Shown one piece after another: positions 13,316-29,150 of a DNA stretch of 64,000 bases. Numbering within the stretch: position 1 is the stretch's first letter; the number at the start of each line of letters is the position of its first letter. This stretch comes from Eledone cirrhosa (lineage: Eukaryota): NCBI GenBank assembly GCA_964016885.1, contig OZ024743.1, positions 195,424,001 through 195,488,000 of the forward strand. Reading direction: 5' to 3'. A model generated the notes under the pieces. It ran no database searches. It worked only from the letters and a program-made list of their open reading frames with translations, and was not told where the DNA came from. A program made the translations under genes and the position numbers.

Positions 13316-13726
13316 CTATATTTGGGAAAAAGGAAAAAAATGACTTCCCTTGTAGTGTTAAGAATTTTTTTATTTAATTTTATAATATTATAATATTATA
13401 ATATTATAATATTATGAGCTGGTAGATCTAGTAAGTTATGTGTTAACTTCGGTGGGAATAATTTTAAAGATACCTGGTAAACTTGGGTTGGAGAACTTTC
13501 TCGCATTCGTCTGTGGCGATTGTCAATCTGAACTCAGTTTGACAATCGCCACAGACGAATGCGAGAAAGTTCTCAAACCCAAGTTTACCAGGAAACGTTA
13601 AAATTCTTCCCACTGAAGTTAACAAAGAACTTACTATATCTACCAACTCATAATATTATAAAATTAAATCAAACATTTTTTAACACTACAAGTGAAGTCA
13701 TTCCTTTCCTTCTTTTCAAATATCTA
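13316..13726. repeat. About 410-bp palindrome (about 200-bp arms, centre near 13532)
   Basis: cctggtaaacttgggttggagaactttctcgcattcgtctgtggcgattgtcaa is mirrored at 13539-13592; the outer arms are more diverged. Confidence 0.92.
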
Positions 13727-13728
13727 TA

Positions 13729-13764
<36 letters not shown>

Positions 13765-14076
13765 CATCAAGTTTAATACAGAAATGGTCTCTACAGCACT
13801 AGAACTGTTTCATTCAAACGAAATCATCAGGAAAGCCATATATATTTAAACTTTAGGAGGCTCAGGCTGCCAATAGATACTCAAGCACCTGTTGGATTTC
13901 CCTTCAATTTCTTACACATTTCAATAAACAACTATCATGTTATTAAACCATAAATTGAAGTGAAAACCAACAGATGCCCGTGTTTTTCTTGGCAGCATGA
14001 GACTCCTAGATGAAAACAATATCTGTTTCAATACACGTTTCAGATGAGAAATCTTACAAAGGAAAACGAAAATGAA

Positions 14077-14114
<38 letters not shown>

Positions 14115-14138
14115 GTACACGCAAGCACACGGCACACA

Positions 14139-14232
<94 letters not shown>

Positions 14233-15502
14233 AATATATAATTATACATACAATGACCTGCACAACTTTATGTAACAATATCGCAAATACACTAAAAAGC
14301 AAATGTCACGGGTAGACCAACTACCGCTCTAAATGGTAATACATTAATAAAGGCGACAGCATATGTAGAAAAGACAAAAGTGCATATATTAATATATAAT
14401 ATGCAGTATTCAGATATTATATGTGTATTTGTCTATTCACACGATTACAAATATCATTAACTCGTGCTTCAATCAAACCAGCCTCAATTACCTATACACA
14501 CAAGGCAACACATAAACATATTTATCAAAGCAAATTGAAGAATTATTACATAAGGATACAAATTCATGAAGGACTAAATTGACAAATTGTAAATCAAATT
14601 CGTTTGTCATAATAAATTTATAGGAAAAGCTATTTAAATATGTATAGTTAAATGTATGCTCGACGTCTAGCTTCAGCTAATAAATATAAAATGCTGTATA
14701 AAGCATACTTATTGTGAAGACATATGAAATATGGCCTTCACAACATTAAAGAATTTGTTTCGAGACAATAGGAAAAGATAAGATAAAGATTCGCTGTTTA
14801 TATTTCATGAAGTTCATGAGGCTATTTAAGAGTGTTTCTACATTGAATTGTTAGTTAAACATGAGAAGTATAGTCTATGTATATAATTGAGCCCAGTTCA
14901 ACCGTATAAAATATGTTTATACCAAGCTGGTTGAAAGTATTTGTATGATATAAAGATTTTCTGATATTTACTTATTATTCATTCTGAGTGATAATATAAA
15001 CAACATGATTTTAAAAGAGAATTGTCAAAGCCTCTTTATTACATGCATTCCGTGACCTTTTGGATATGACTCCGTCTTTGATAACATAAGATAAATTTGA
15101 ATATGTAGGATGTTAAGATTCATTTCCGAAATATAATTGGGGGTCAAACCTACATTGCCTCTGATTGAGATGCTGATTGGAGGAGTACACCAATTATATA
15201 GAAGCAATACCTACTCTTGTAGAGTTCGCAGTTACTAACTTAGCTTCGTAAGCTAAACAATAAGAATTCTAAAGGAAATTAGTAAGTTTAGAGAAATTGC
15301 GATTATTCATTATGGGGTGGCATTAGTATGGTTAAATTTGGTTAATTTAACGAATCTGAGCATTTGATTGAAGATAAGTGGGGTGGAGAGGGATATGTTG
15401 ATAATAATTTTATTACACATACTCTCTCTCTCTCACACACACACAGACACACAACACATACACAGGCACACTCACGCACACACACACTCACACACACACA
15501 CA

Positions 15503-15554
<52 letters not shown>

Positions 15555-15564
15555 CACACACACA

Positions 15565-15622
<58 letters not shown>

Positions 15623-15665
15623 GAGGTAGATATGTGTATTCCGAGTTCGATCAGGGGTAACCACA

Positions 15666-15713
15666 GTAAGTAAGATAGTCAATACATAGCAGAGTTTAAT
15701 ATTTAATATAGAA

Positions 15714-15763
<50 letters not shown>

Positions 15764-15812
15764 TTCTATATTAAATATTATACTCTGCTATGTATTGACT
15801 ATCCTACTTACT
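15666..15812. repeat. Inverted repeat (about 53-bp arms) around a (TA)n core
   Basis: agtaagtaagatagtcaatacatagcagagtttaatatttaatatagaaatg and its reverse complement at 15761-15812. Confidence 0.88.
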
Positions 15813-15883
15813 AATTTATTATTATTATATATTATTATATAATAATAATAAATATTATTATATAATAATATATATTATATCCT

Positions 15884-16070
15884 GCGGTGGATTGGCAGTA
15901 TCGGTAGAGGGTCGGACGCCATGCTTTCCAGCATAGTTACGTCCCTTTACGATCTGAATTCAAATCCCGCCGAGGTTGACTTTGCTTTTCATCCTTACGG
16001 GGTCGATAAAATAAAGTACCAGTAATGCACTGGGTAGTTGCTGGCCTTGTGCCTAAAGTAGAAACAATTA
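15884..16070 (+). mobile_element. SINE family A
   Basis: A and B boxes, core and tail. Confidence 0.85.
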
Positions 16071-16121
16071 TATATTATTATATATATATATATAAATTTA
16101 TTATTATTACTATATATATAT

Positions 16122-18562
<2,441 letters not shown>

Positions 18563-18578
18563 ATGAATGTATCTATAG

Positions 18579-18797
18579 TATATTTGACAATATATTGTAT
18601 GTTTAATTTAAAACATTTAGAACACCATACGCTATCAGTTTTAAAATATTGACCATGCCACTTACTTCTTTTCGGCGAAATAAGGGAGAGCAGCTGACAG
18701 TCTGTTTCATGGTGGTTGGCGTTCATCCCCTGCTTTAGAAGACCAAACGCTACTTCTAAGTGTTTTTAATTAAACATACGGTATATTGCCAAATATA
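18579..18797. repeat. Short inverted repeats (about 45 bp) at the 5' truncation point of the Naiad copy
   Basis: tatatttgacaatatattgtatgtttaatttaaaacatttagaa versus ttctaagtgtttttaattaaacatacggtatattgccaaatata. Confidence 0.7.
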
Positions 18798-18809
18798 TTT
18801 TTACATACA

Positions 18810-18871
<62 letters not shown>

Positions 18872-18932
18872 CAATTAACGAAACGAAATTAAATTTCGTT
18901 TCGTTTGTAACTCACTTTTGTATGACTGACGC

Positions 18933-19579
18933 TTAAACATTTAAGTTAAAAATGTACATCTACATATGCATACTGAAATACTAGTATGCATATGAATACA
19001 CACACGTATACATATGTAGATGTAACAAGTCTTTCACTGGTCACTTTACTGTGAGTGTCCAGCTATTCTGTATGTAAACACACAGACAAACCGGTTTTTA
19101 GAGTCATACTGGTTTTCGAGGAAACACCTTTCCTCTATTCCTCAGAAAGCCAGACAAGGAATATTGAACTAGTTTCGTTGTTGTTACAACTCATCAGCAA
19201 TATTTACCTATCTACCGGCCTTTCTGGAGAATCGTAAAAGCACATATCGTTATATGCTTTTTCTATGAAAATTAGTAGTGGGCAGACTAATTTGCATAGA
19301 GTGTGAGTACGCACCGGTTCAGCGGAGACGATAAAAACAAATAACGAAACAAATATTACTTGTCTGGCTTTCTGGAGAATAGAGGAAAGGTGTTTCCTCG
19401 AAAACCAGTATGACTCTAAAAACCGGTTTGTCTGTGTGTTTACATACAGAATAGCTGGGTTACTCACAGTAAAGTAACCAGTGAAAGACTTGTTACATCT
19501 ACATATGTATACGTGTGTGTATTCATATGCATACTAGTATTTCAGTATGCATATGTAGATGTACATTTTTAACTTAATT

Positions 19580-19584
<5 letters not shown>
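18933..19584. mobile_element. Non-coding element with about 230-bp inverted arms and about 185-bp spacer, between (TA)n tracts
   Basis: 18933-19166 is the near-perfect reverse complement of 19352-19584. Confidence 0.85.
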
Positions 19585-19626
<42 letters not shown>

Positions 19627-20796
19627 GGAAAAATTTGAACAGGAACAAAACAGAGAGGCAGTACAAACATATATATATATATATATAACACAGTAAAGAG
19701 AGAAGAACACATATATATGTGTTCAAATCATAAGGGGTACAAATTCATATATGTGTGTGTGTAATTCATGTAAGCACTTTTTAAAATGACAAGCATAAAG
19801 AACACACAATCTCCCGCGGTATATGTTTGGATGTGTGTGTGTATTTATAAGTAAATATGAATGTGTAAGATTACGTAAAATACCCAGTATTCACCTTACT
19901 GGTTCATGCATATTAACGTAGCTGGTGTGGATTATATACATGTTTTAACATTGGTTCCAGGAAAACGGAATATGATATTTGTATCTCTACATATGTACAA
20001 TTATCAAGTACATATTCGCTTTTGTAAATGCAAACATAGATTTTCGATTACTAATACATTTACAAATAATACTCTGAAGACAGTTCCGTCCAACAAAACA
20101 CACGGTAATAGTGACATGTCTAATAATCAACACCATTATCCAAAATTTCATTCTTCGATACTATCGCTGGTAAATGGGATACGAATGTCTAAACTACAAC
20201 TCAACAAATACATAAAAGCATGCATGAACAAGTTTTTGACTCACTTTATTCAGCAGATATTTATTTCATATTGTTCACATACTCAGCATTTATAGATTAA
20301 TGCTAAAATACAAACCCATTAATCTGTATATAGCAACCGAATGATTGAAATAACTTTCTGCTCTTCCTTTCCTGTAGCAAAATAGAATTAACTCACCACA
20401 TATCTAAAATAATCCAATGAACTATTGGAACTATTTACTATTCCTAATGGAAAGATACCGAGATCGTGCTTTCAATCAAACACTCGTATACACACACTCA
20501 CAAATATATATCTATCGTATGTTTGGTAATATATATATCGTATATTTGGTAAAAACGTAATAAAAGAATTTCTACGAGCATCCGAATCATCATGGAACTC
20601 TTCTGTAACATTTTTGCAGAAGGCAAATTGTATAGATGACTTGTATAGATATAAATGAAGAGTAGAGAAAGAGATGAATTGTATTTATATAGTTATGGCT
20701 GAACAAGCTGGTTACTATTTGGAGCATTTTTCTTTCTTCTTTCAAGGTTTAAAGATAATGATGAAAACTGCCACATACATACACCTACACACATAA

Positions 20797-21743
<947 letters not shown>

Positions 21744-21904
21744 TATATGTACATAAATCTACCAAAATATACGATAGTGTCCAATCCGCATGAAGAACTC
21801 AATGTAATCCAAATATCATGAAAAAAGAAGATGCATTCAAAAATGTTCGATGAAAATCATAGGAAAACAGAGTCAAGATAAATTAATAAAAACAATGAAT
21901 AGAA

Positions 21905-23154
21905 ACAAAGATTTTTACTATCCTAGAGAAAAACTTCCCGCCAAACCATAAATACCATCAAATTTTAAATAGATCAACTGTAAAATTTTCCTACTCCACT
22001 ACCAAAAATATACAACAAAATATAAATGCGTACAACGCCTATAAATGTAAAAGAAACACGAATATACCACCAACACATCAAACCAACCATAATACTCTAA
22101 ATAAACCGCAACAAACCACCATCTCCTTCACATATAACAAGTCGAGTAAATTCCACATCAAGTTTGACTAACTCCCCTGATATAATATTCACGAATGGTT
22201 GTAACTGTAGAAACAAAAAAATTGCCCATTAAAGGGAAATTGTCTTATTAATAACATAGTCTAAAATGTAAAATTAGCACAAAGGACTCCACTTATTCAT
22301 ATATAGGAGCTACGTCTAACCAATTTAAAGTAAGATTTAATACCCACAAACATAGTTTTTAAAATGCTGCATTAGCTAATACAACATCCTTGGCTGAAAC
22401 AATTAATAATTATAGAAAAAAGAATATCGATTACAAGCTGACCTGGAATGTGCTCAAAAGGGCCACCCCTTATCAAAATAACAGATATGAGTGTCGATTA
22501 TGCTCCCAGGAACTTTTGAAATAATGAAATCTAAGGATAACCTATTAAATAAGGGACAATAATTAATTATATCTTGCAATCATAGAATTAGAAGAACCTT
22601 CAAATATTATAAACCTAATTAATATACAAGATTCCTTTTCCTTTGAGCACATTATTGACAGGGAATAGCGAGAGTCTATGGCTCCGTTAATTTATCGTAA
22701 TATCTTGCTCCTTATAACAGTCTTTCCACTATCTCTCTGTTTGGTTGAGCACACTTCTCTGGGTGGTTTTTGGGCTGCCCTTTCTAGCAGCTCGTCCCTC
22801 AGACACCACTCGTTCACTGCCCTAAACACGCTGTGACATTTCTCTCCCGCGTGTAGGTGGACGGTCGCTTTAGATTCTCTTAGAGTTGTCTGAAATGTAT
22901 GGCCATGCACGCGCTGATGAACCATGGGCTATTCCATTTCAGTCAACAACTTCCTGGCGAAACAGATCTCTTTGGATTTGTACGCGTGTGATATATAGTT
23001 ATAGAGGTGCGTATATACATTTTAATTTATATTTTTAATTATTGTGTGTCTACCCTGCCTTTCATAGGTTATAGATTCCATACACTGGTGTTTTTTCCCT
23101 GTTTTATTGATGGCGCACTATCTCTCTCTAGTGTGTTACCTTTTCAACATATTG

Positions 23155-23160
<6 letters not shown>
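21905..23160 (+). mobile_element. 5'-truncated Naiad-type PLE (third subfamily): endonuclease remnant 21905-22622 plus pLTR
   Basis: KIFTILEKNFPPNHKYHQILNRSTVKFSYSTT, CNCRNKKxCPLKGNCL, YIGATSNQFKVRFNTH, CRLCSQE, with frameshifts. HHR downstream; ends at (TA)n. Confidence 0.88.
22908..22988 (+). ncRNA. Type I hammerhead ribozyme with full helix III
   Basis: cacgcg-CTGATGA-acca...tggc-GAAA-cagatc tctttg gatttg-TA-cgcgtg. Perfect 6-bp helix I and a GUA cleavage triplet. Confidence 0.9.
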
Positions 23161-23239
<79 letters not shown>

Positions 23240-24140
23240 CAGTTCGGTCAGCGAATACCACAAATTTGCATACTGCGCAAGTAGAATTGTTGATTCTGAA
23301 CTGATAGAAACCTATCGGAGATATTGCTTAATATCGTTCGAAATGGTCCAGGTTTGTTTATCAAGACCTGATTGTTTTTTCGTTGCTTTGTTTCATGTGG
23401 CTAGGCTTGCCTGTCGCAGTTTTCAATTCGTCAAGCTATCTAACGTATTCTATTACTCTAAGGTGACACAACCTTATCGAGTGTTTTGCTGCACATTCCT
23501 AATTGTATATCGTTAGCTTGACCACAGCCAAAACTTTGATTTTACTAAACTTCCATTTGTATTATTATCTCCTAGACCTAATTAATTAATTTAATAAGAA
23601 AATTCTATTGATTGGTTAATTATTTAAGTTTGTTTAATAACGTCTAGTAGAGAGCTTCTTATTCGGTTTGTGGAATGGAATCAATTCCTTTGTTCACACT
23701 TTGAATTTACCCGCCAAAAACCGGAGGTTACTTCCCTTATTGGGGAATAAGCACGTGATAGTGACTGATACCATCGTCAGTGGCTTACTGTTACACTTCA
23801 CACCAGTTCGAGGCACAGAACGGAAACCTGTTGATAACGTGAGTTCACAGTTCGGTCACCGAATACCACAAACTTGCATACTGCGCAAGTAGAATTGTTG
23901 ATTTTGGATTCATAGAGACCTATCAGAGATATTGCTTAATATCTTTCGAGATGGTCCAGATTGGTTTTTTCTTTGCCTTTTTATCATGTGGCTATGCTTG
24001 CCTGTCGCAGTTTTCAATTTGTCAAGCTATCTAACGTATGTTATTACACTAAGGTGACACAACCTTATGCACATTCCTAATTGTATATCGTTAGCTTTGC
24101 CACAGCCAAACTTCAATTTTACTAAACTTCGATTTGTATA
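23240..24140. mobile_element. Non-coding element with about 300-bp direct repeats (23240-23560, 23847-24140) between (TA)n tracts
   Basis: cagttcggtca.cgaataccacaaa...ttttactaaacttc.atttgta occurs twice. Confidence 0.8.
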
Positions 24141-24249
24141 TATATATATATATATATAATATAGACAGTCGATCGACTTTCGTCAAATCGGAACAAGAAA
24201 ACAATGTTTCAAATTGGTCTTTCCAATTGCTAAAACTTTCTATCCAGGT

Positions 24250-24366
24250 AGAAGGAGCAACGTGAAATAAAGTGTCTTGCTCAAGGACATAACGCATCGC
24301 CCTGTCCAAGAATCGAACTCACAAACTCCCGATTGTCCAATTCTCTACCACTCACTCATGCGCCTT
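24250..24366 (-). mobile_element. SINE family B 5' fragment
   Basis: ggagcaacgtgaaataaagtgtcttgctcaaggacataac...aatcgaactc. Confidence 0.65.
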
Positions 24367-24367
24367 A

Positions 24368-24386
24368 ACACACACACACACACATA

Positions 24387-24481
<95 letters not shown>

Positions 24482-24531
24482 TATATATAGAGAGAGAGGG
24501 AGAGAGAGAAAGAGAGAGATAGAGAGAGAGA

Positions 24532-24624
<93 letters not shown>

Positions 24625-24660
24625 AGAGGGGTGGATAGATAGGTAGATAGAGAGATAGAT
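24368..24660. repeat. Compound (CA)/(TA)/(TG)/(AG) microsatellite
   Basis: Direct reading. Confidence 0.95.
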
Positions 24661-25377
24661 GAACAATAGCAGAAAATTACAGTGATGGTTAGAAAATGAC
24701 GTTATATATCCTATGAATGTTTGAACATTACCGCTTCTGTTAGTTATACAATAAATACATAACACTATCTAACTGAATAGTTCAAAAGTATTTATCAAAA
24801 ATTGTCCATATTTATAAAGTGAGGGAGAGGTATAACTCGTATATCTACAAACTCATTAATAAATACTGTCCTGGTAGATTGTGATTGCTTAAATATGCTT
24901 TTCAAAGCATGTTCTAGAAGACTATTTTACAAGATTAATAAAGGTAGATGTGCTAATTATGGCAGATTAGTGATGAGGATTAAGAAAAATACACGATGCA
25001 CTTACACATAAAAGATAAATATCAAATGAATATTTAAATCATATAAGCAGATCAAATTATTGACTAACTTCTAAAAACCATTTAAAATTTAGGGAACGAA
25101 TTGGAGGAGGAATAATCCTAATTGGATAGATATAGAGAATTTAAAAGTATACTTACTAATATAGAAGATTATAAATGTAAATAATTATACTCTATAAATA
25201 TGAGTGTCGAAATTATATAGGATTTACCATTTTAACTCAGGGAATATAATTATGTTAAATGTTATAAAGAGCAGATGAATTTTAAATGTATTTAATTAAA
25301 TACACACAGACAGACAGACAGACGCACACACACACATACATACACGCACACCCACACCCACACACACACCCACACAC

Positions 25378-25423
<46 letters not shown>

Positions 25424-25998
25424 ATGTGTGTGTGTGTGGGGGGGGGGGGGGGTGCGTGTATGTATGTGTGTGTGTGCGTCTGTCCACCGCTTCATGGATT
25501 ACCCACACGCAGAAATTGACTTACAACCAATCCACTAAACATCCTTGGAATTTACCAACTTTTCAACCATGCTCTTACGTAATCACCTATATAACTCACC
25601 CACACACACACCCCAAACAAATTTTTTTCTCCACACGCCACCCACACTTACAACACGCTTAAACCCCACACACACGTGCTTTCCACCACATATTTACACC
25701 CTCAGCCTCCTGATTCATCTCCCCCCACCCCCCTATCCACACACGCGCACACACTCCGACCCACAAAAACACCCCCCACACACACCTCTTCCTGAACATG
25801 CAACCCCGTTCTTCCCCGAACCCTTACTTTCACATACACACACACACACACACACGCACACCTACACACACACACCACCTTCAGCTCTCCCCGCTCGGAC
25901 ACCCCGTCGTCCCCCACCTACACCCCACTCTCCTGAGCGTGAAATTAATAAACATTTATTGTACTGCCTCTCTGTTTTGTCCCTGTTCAAATGTTTCC

Positions 25999-26037
<39 letters not shown>

Positions 26038-26519
26038 AAGTGCTATCATAGTAGAGTATTTGAACTGTCTGCAGCATTGAGGAATATATTCATATATGTT
26101 CTGGTATGGGATAATTCTTATTTTAGGCTATTATCTACGCAAAGTAATTTTAACAAGGTATAATGCTTAAGAATGAATTTCCATTCGTGACGCAAAACAA
26201 TATATCTTACAACACACCTAATTAAACAAAATGATAAGTGACATTAAGAAGAATCATCAAAATTAGGCAAGGTAATGAAATGGCATGTAAAACTATACCA
26301 AATATTATAACATATAACTTGATATAAAAATGTTAAAGAATAGCGGTAATTAATAAAATAGCGTGTTACTCATTGCTATAGATTTATCAGAAAATATTAA
26401 ATTGTATCGAATAAACATTTGAATTCATGTGTATATGATTAGGGAACTAATTTAAATTTGCGGGTAGAAAATTAAGTTGTAGTGTTGGACTGATGTGTCG
26501 GACGGGAAAGATTAAAGTG

Positions 26520-26808
26520 TAAAGTGTAGAGATCCCAATCAGTCACGAATGACCATGGGATTTGCACCTAGAATTGTCCTCTCCAGGCAAGTTTGTTTGT
26601 GGAAAACCTGCAGTCGCCCATGCATACTAGTCTCCCCTCCCCTATACCGATGCTGTCCAAGGGAAAGGCAATGTTTGGCACCAGTGCTGTCGCAACTCAT
26701 TTCTACAGCTGAGTGAAATGGAGCAACGTAAAATTAAGTGTTTTGCTCAGGAACACAACCACTCAGGGTTGAGCCCGACGCTCTAACGACTAATCAATGC
26801 GCCTTCAC
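26520..26808 (-). mobile_element. SINE family B-related copy
   Basis: cagctgagtgaaatggagcaacgtaaaattaagtgttttgctcaggaacacaac. Confidence 0.55.
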
Positions 26809-27058
26809 GGTGAATACCGAAATATAAGTTCTAGTAAAGTTATGAAATAGCATCAACGTCAATCGAATTGTGCAAAACATTTGATATAACAAAGGAAGTT
26901 CGTTGTGAGTTATCAGTCACATAAAATGAATACGTACATAAAATCATTTCACAATAAAACAAATGTTTCAAATATCGCAGACCCTGACACGTTGATAGTC
27001 AGTCTCCAGGAGTATATTGACCGATTTTATCAACTATTATTTATAGAAATCGATTACT

Positions 27059-27250
27059 CGGTGGACTGGCAGTATTGGTAGAGGGTAGGACGCCATGCTT
27101 TGCAGCAAAGAGTTACGGCCCTTTATGGTCTGAGTTCAAATCCCGCCGAGGTTAACTTTGTCTTTCATCCTTACGGGTCGATAAAATAAAGCACCAGTAA
27201 TACACTGGAATAATTGTTGGCCTTGTGCCAAAAGTAGAAACAATTATTAC
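27059..27250 (+). mobile_element. SINE family A
   Basis: Full match. Confidence 0.85.
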
Positions 27251-27549
27251 TGTCATTTGTGTTGTGACAAACACTTTACACACATACGTACGCAGTGCAG
27301 CCTGATATCTCCAATGTCTGGATCGAATGCGCGAAAAATGTGTTTATATTACACAAATTCCTAGTGTGAAAACTCCAGAATATGTGTATAAAAGAAAATG
27401 TTTGGTTATGGCAATTTGTTCGTTTCAAGATTTGTAAAGTATATTATAAAATCCCAATAATTGTTATAAATCTAACAAATTTAATATTTAATATATTTTA
27501 TGATTATTTAATATTAATTTTCAAAATGTTCTATTTGGTGATTTTACAG

Positions 27550-29150
27550 ATTTAAACTTAATTCAAAGAATTTTGGGGAGGTTTTATACCATTGAAGGAA
27601 CATTCTTTATTTTATCTTTGATTCTATATTTGCCACCTTTTTTCCAATAAGTGCAATCTGTGAAATGTGGCATTCTTTGAAGGACATCTACAATATACCT
27701 TAAATTGTGTGAACCCTAATTTATCAGAAAAGCACCAAATGTGTCACGAAGTGAAATTTATTGCTAAATTCTAAAAGGGAAAATTCTGTGATAGATTTCA
27801 AAATGTATAAAACACTACGTTTCTCAACATTCTACTCTCAGTTAATAAATATATTTGATTGCTCTGCTAGTTCCAAAAGTATTCTACAGAAGTGTCTAAC
27901 ACATATCCCATTCAAGCTGAAATGTATACAAAAGATTCTGTCTAAATATCACTCTTTGTTTGACAACAGATTTTATTGCCAGATTTCTGTTTATTCCAGC
28001 TAAAATTCAGAGCCGAAAGAATAACAATAACCCTCATTGACAGTTAGTGTATGTTTTGAATATTTATTCTTATTTCCATTGAAAGACATCTAAGATGATA
28101 ATTTTGCCTGACTGTACACGGCATCACTACTGCTATTGCTTTACCAATAATTCCATCAATCCCCACTTTGAAAAGGCTGTAATAAGCTACTGCAGTTTTT
28201 AATCGAATTTTTTCGAGCATTGGGATAAGTTTATTATAACAATCTTACATCATAGTGATGAGGAGTTCCGTGTACCAAGAATGTTGGCACTGGCTTGTTT
28301 AAATATAAGTAAATAAATATACAAAATTAAATGTATATGACGTTAGCATTTTTGTTCAGATTTGGATCTCTCTTGAATCTTGTCAAAGATACGTCAGATG
28401 ATATATGTTCAATTTCAATATTATCTTTACTATACTTGAGCTGTAAGCTTTAAGAACAAGAGGATAATGTATACCCGTGCCAAACTAAATAAAAAATAAT
28501 AGCAAAATATATCCATTTTATACCGAATTGAAATAACTTGGTTTTAAGCACTAAAATCAGGAAATTTTCTTTTTTGAAGAAAGTTTGATAAATTTGTTTT
28601 AGTTTTATGACCTTAAACTTCAGGATGTAACATATACATTTTGTACATCATCGTTATTAGTTGCGTTTGTACTCTATTAATATTTTCATATTTCACATGT
28701 ATAGAAACGTTAGAGAATGGTAAACACGCGGTGGTATTTAATTTGCACTTCAGTTGCTTGTATTGCAATACGGTTGTAATGATCTAAAATATAGCTTGAA
28801 GCAAAGCTCTGTTGAAGAAAACGAAAAGAAATTCTTATAGAGTGAGAGTGGAATACGACGCCAACTGACAGTTTTCTGTTGCACAACGGTAGTAGAGATA
28901 TTATACGAAAGTTGAGCTCTAACTATTGCTGAAACGATAAATAAAGATGCGAAGAATACAACAGCTGGCTACAATCCAAAGGTCGAAGTGGACCAGTTAA
29001 AGTTTCTGTTAAGGGTTGGCTTGTTTCCAAATTCTCCATATTCCGCAAGTATGGTTCTGCAGCTTCCAACTAACTTAATGTATTCTGTGTTTAAAATGTT
29101 ACACCGAACGTTGTTGATGTCCCATCATGCATCGGAGAGGACAGGTCTAT
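27550..29150 (+). pseudogene. Heavily decayed coding-like tract, possibly an adhesion/secretin-type 7TM receptor
   Basis: Repeat-free tract after a tttacag acceptor. Fragments VISYCSF..SIGISL.ITIL..FRVP, MTLAFLFRFG..DDICSISILSLLYLS and YTFCTSSLLVAFV occur in TM1-TM4 order, with many stops. Confidence 0.25.
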
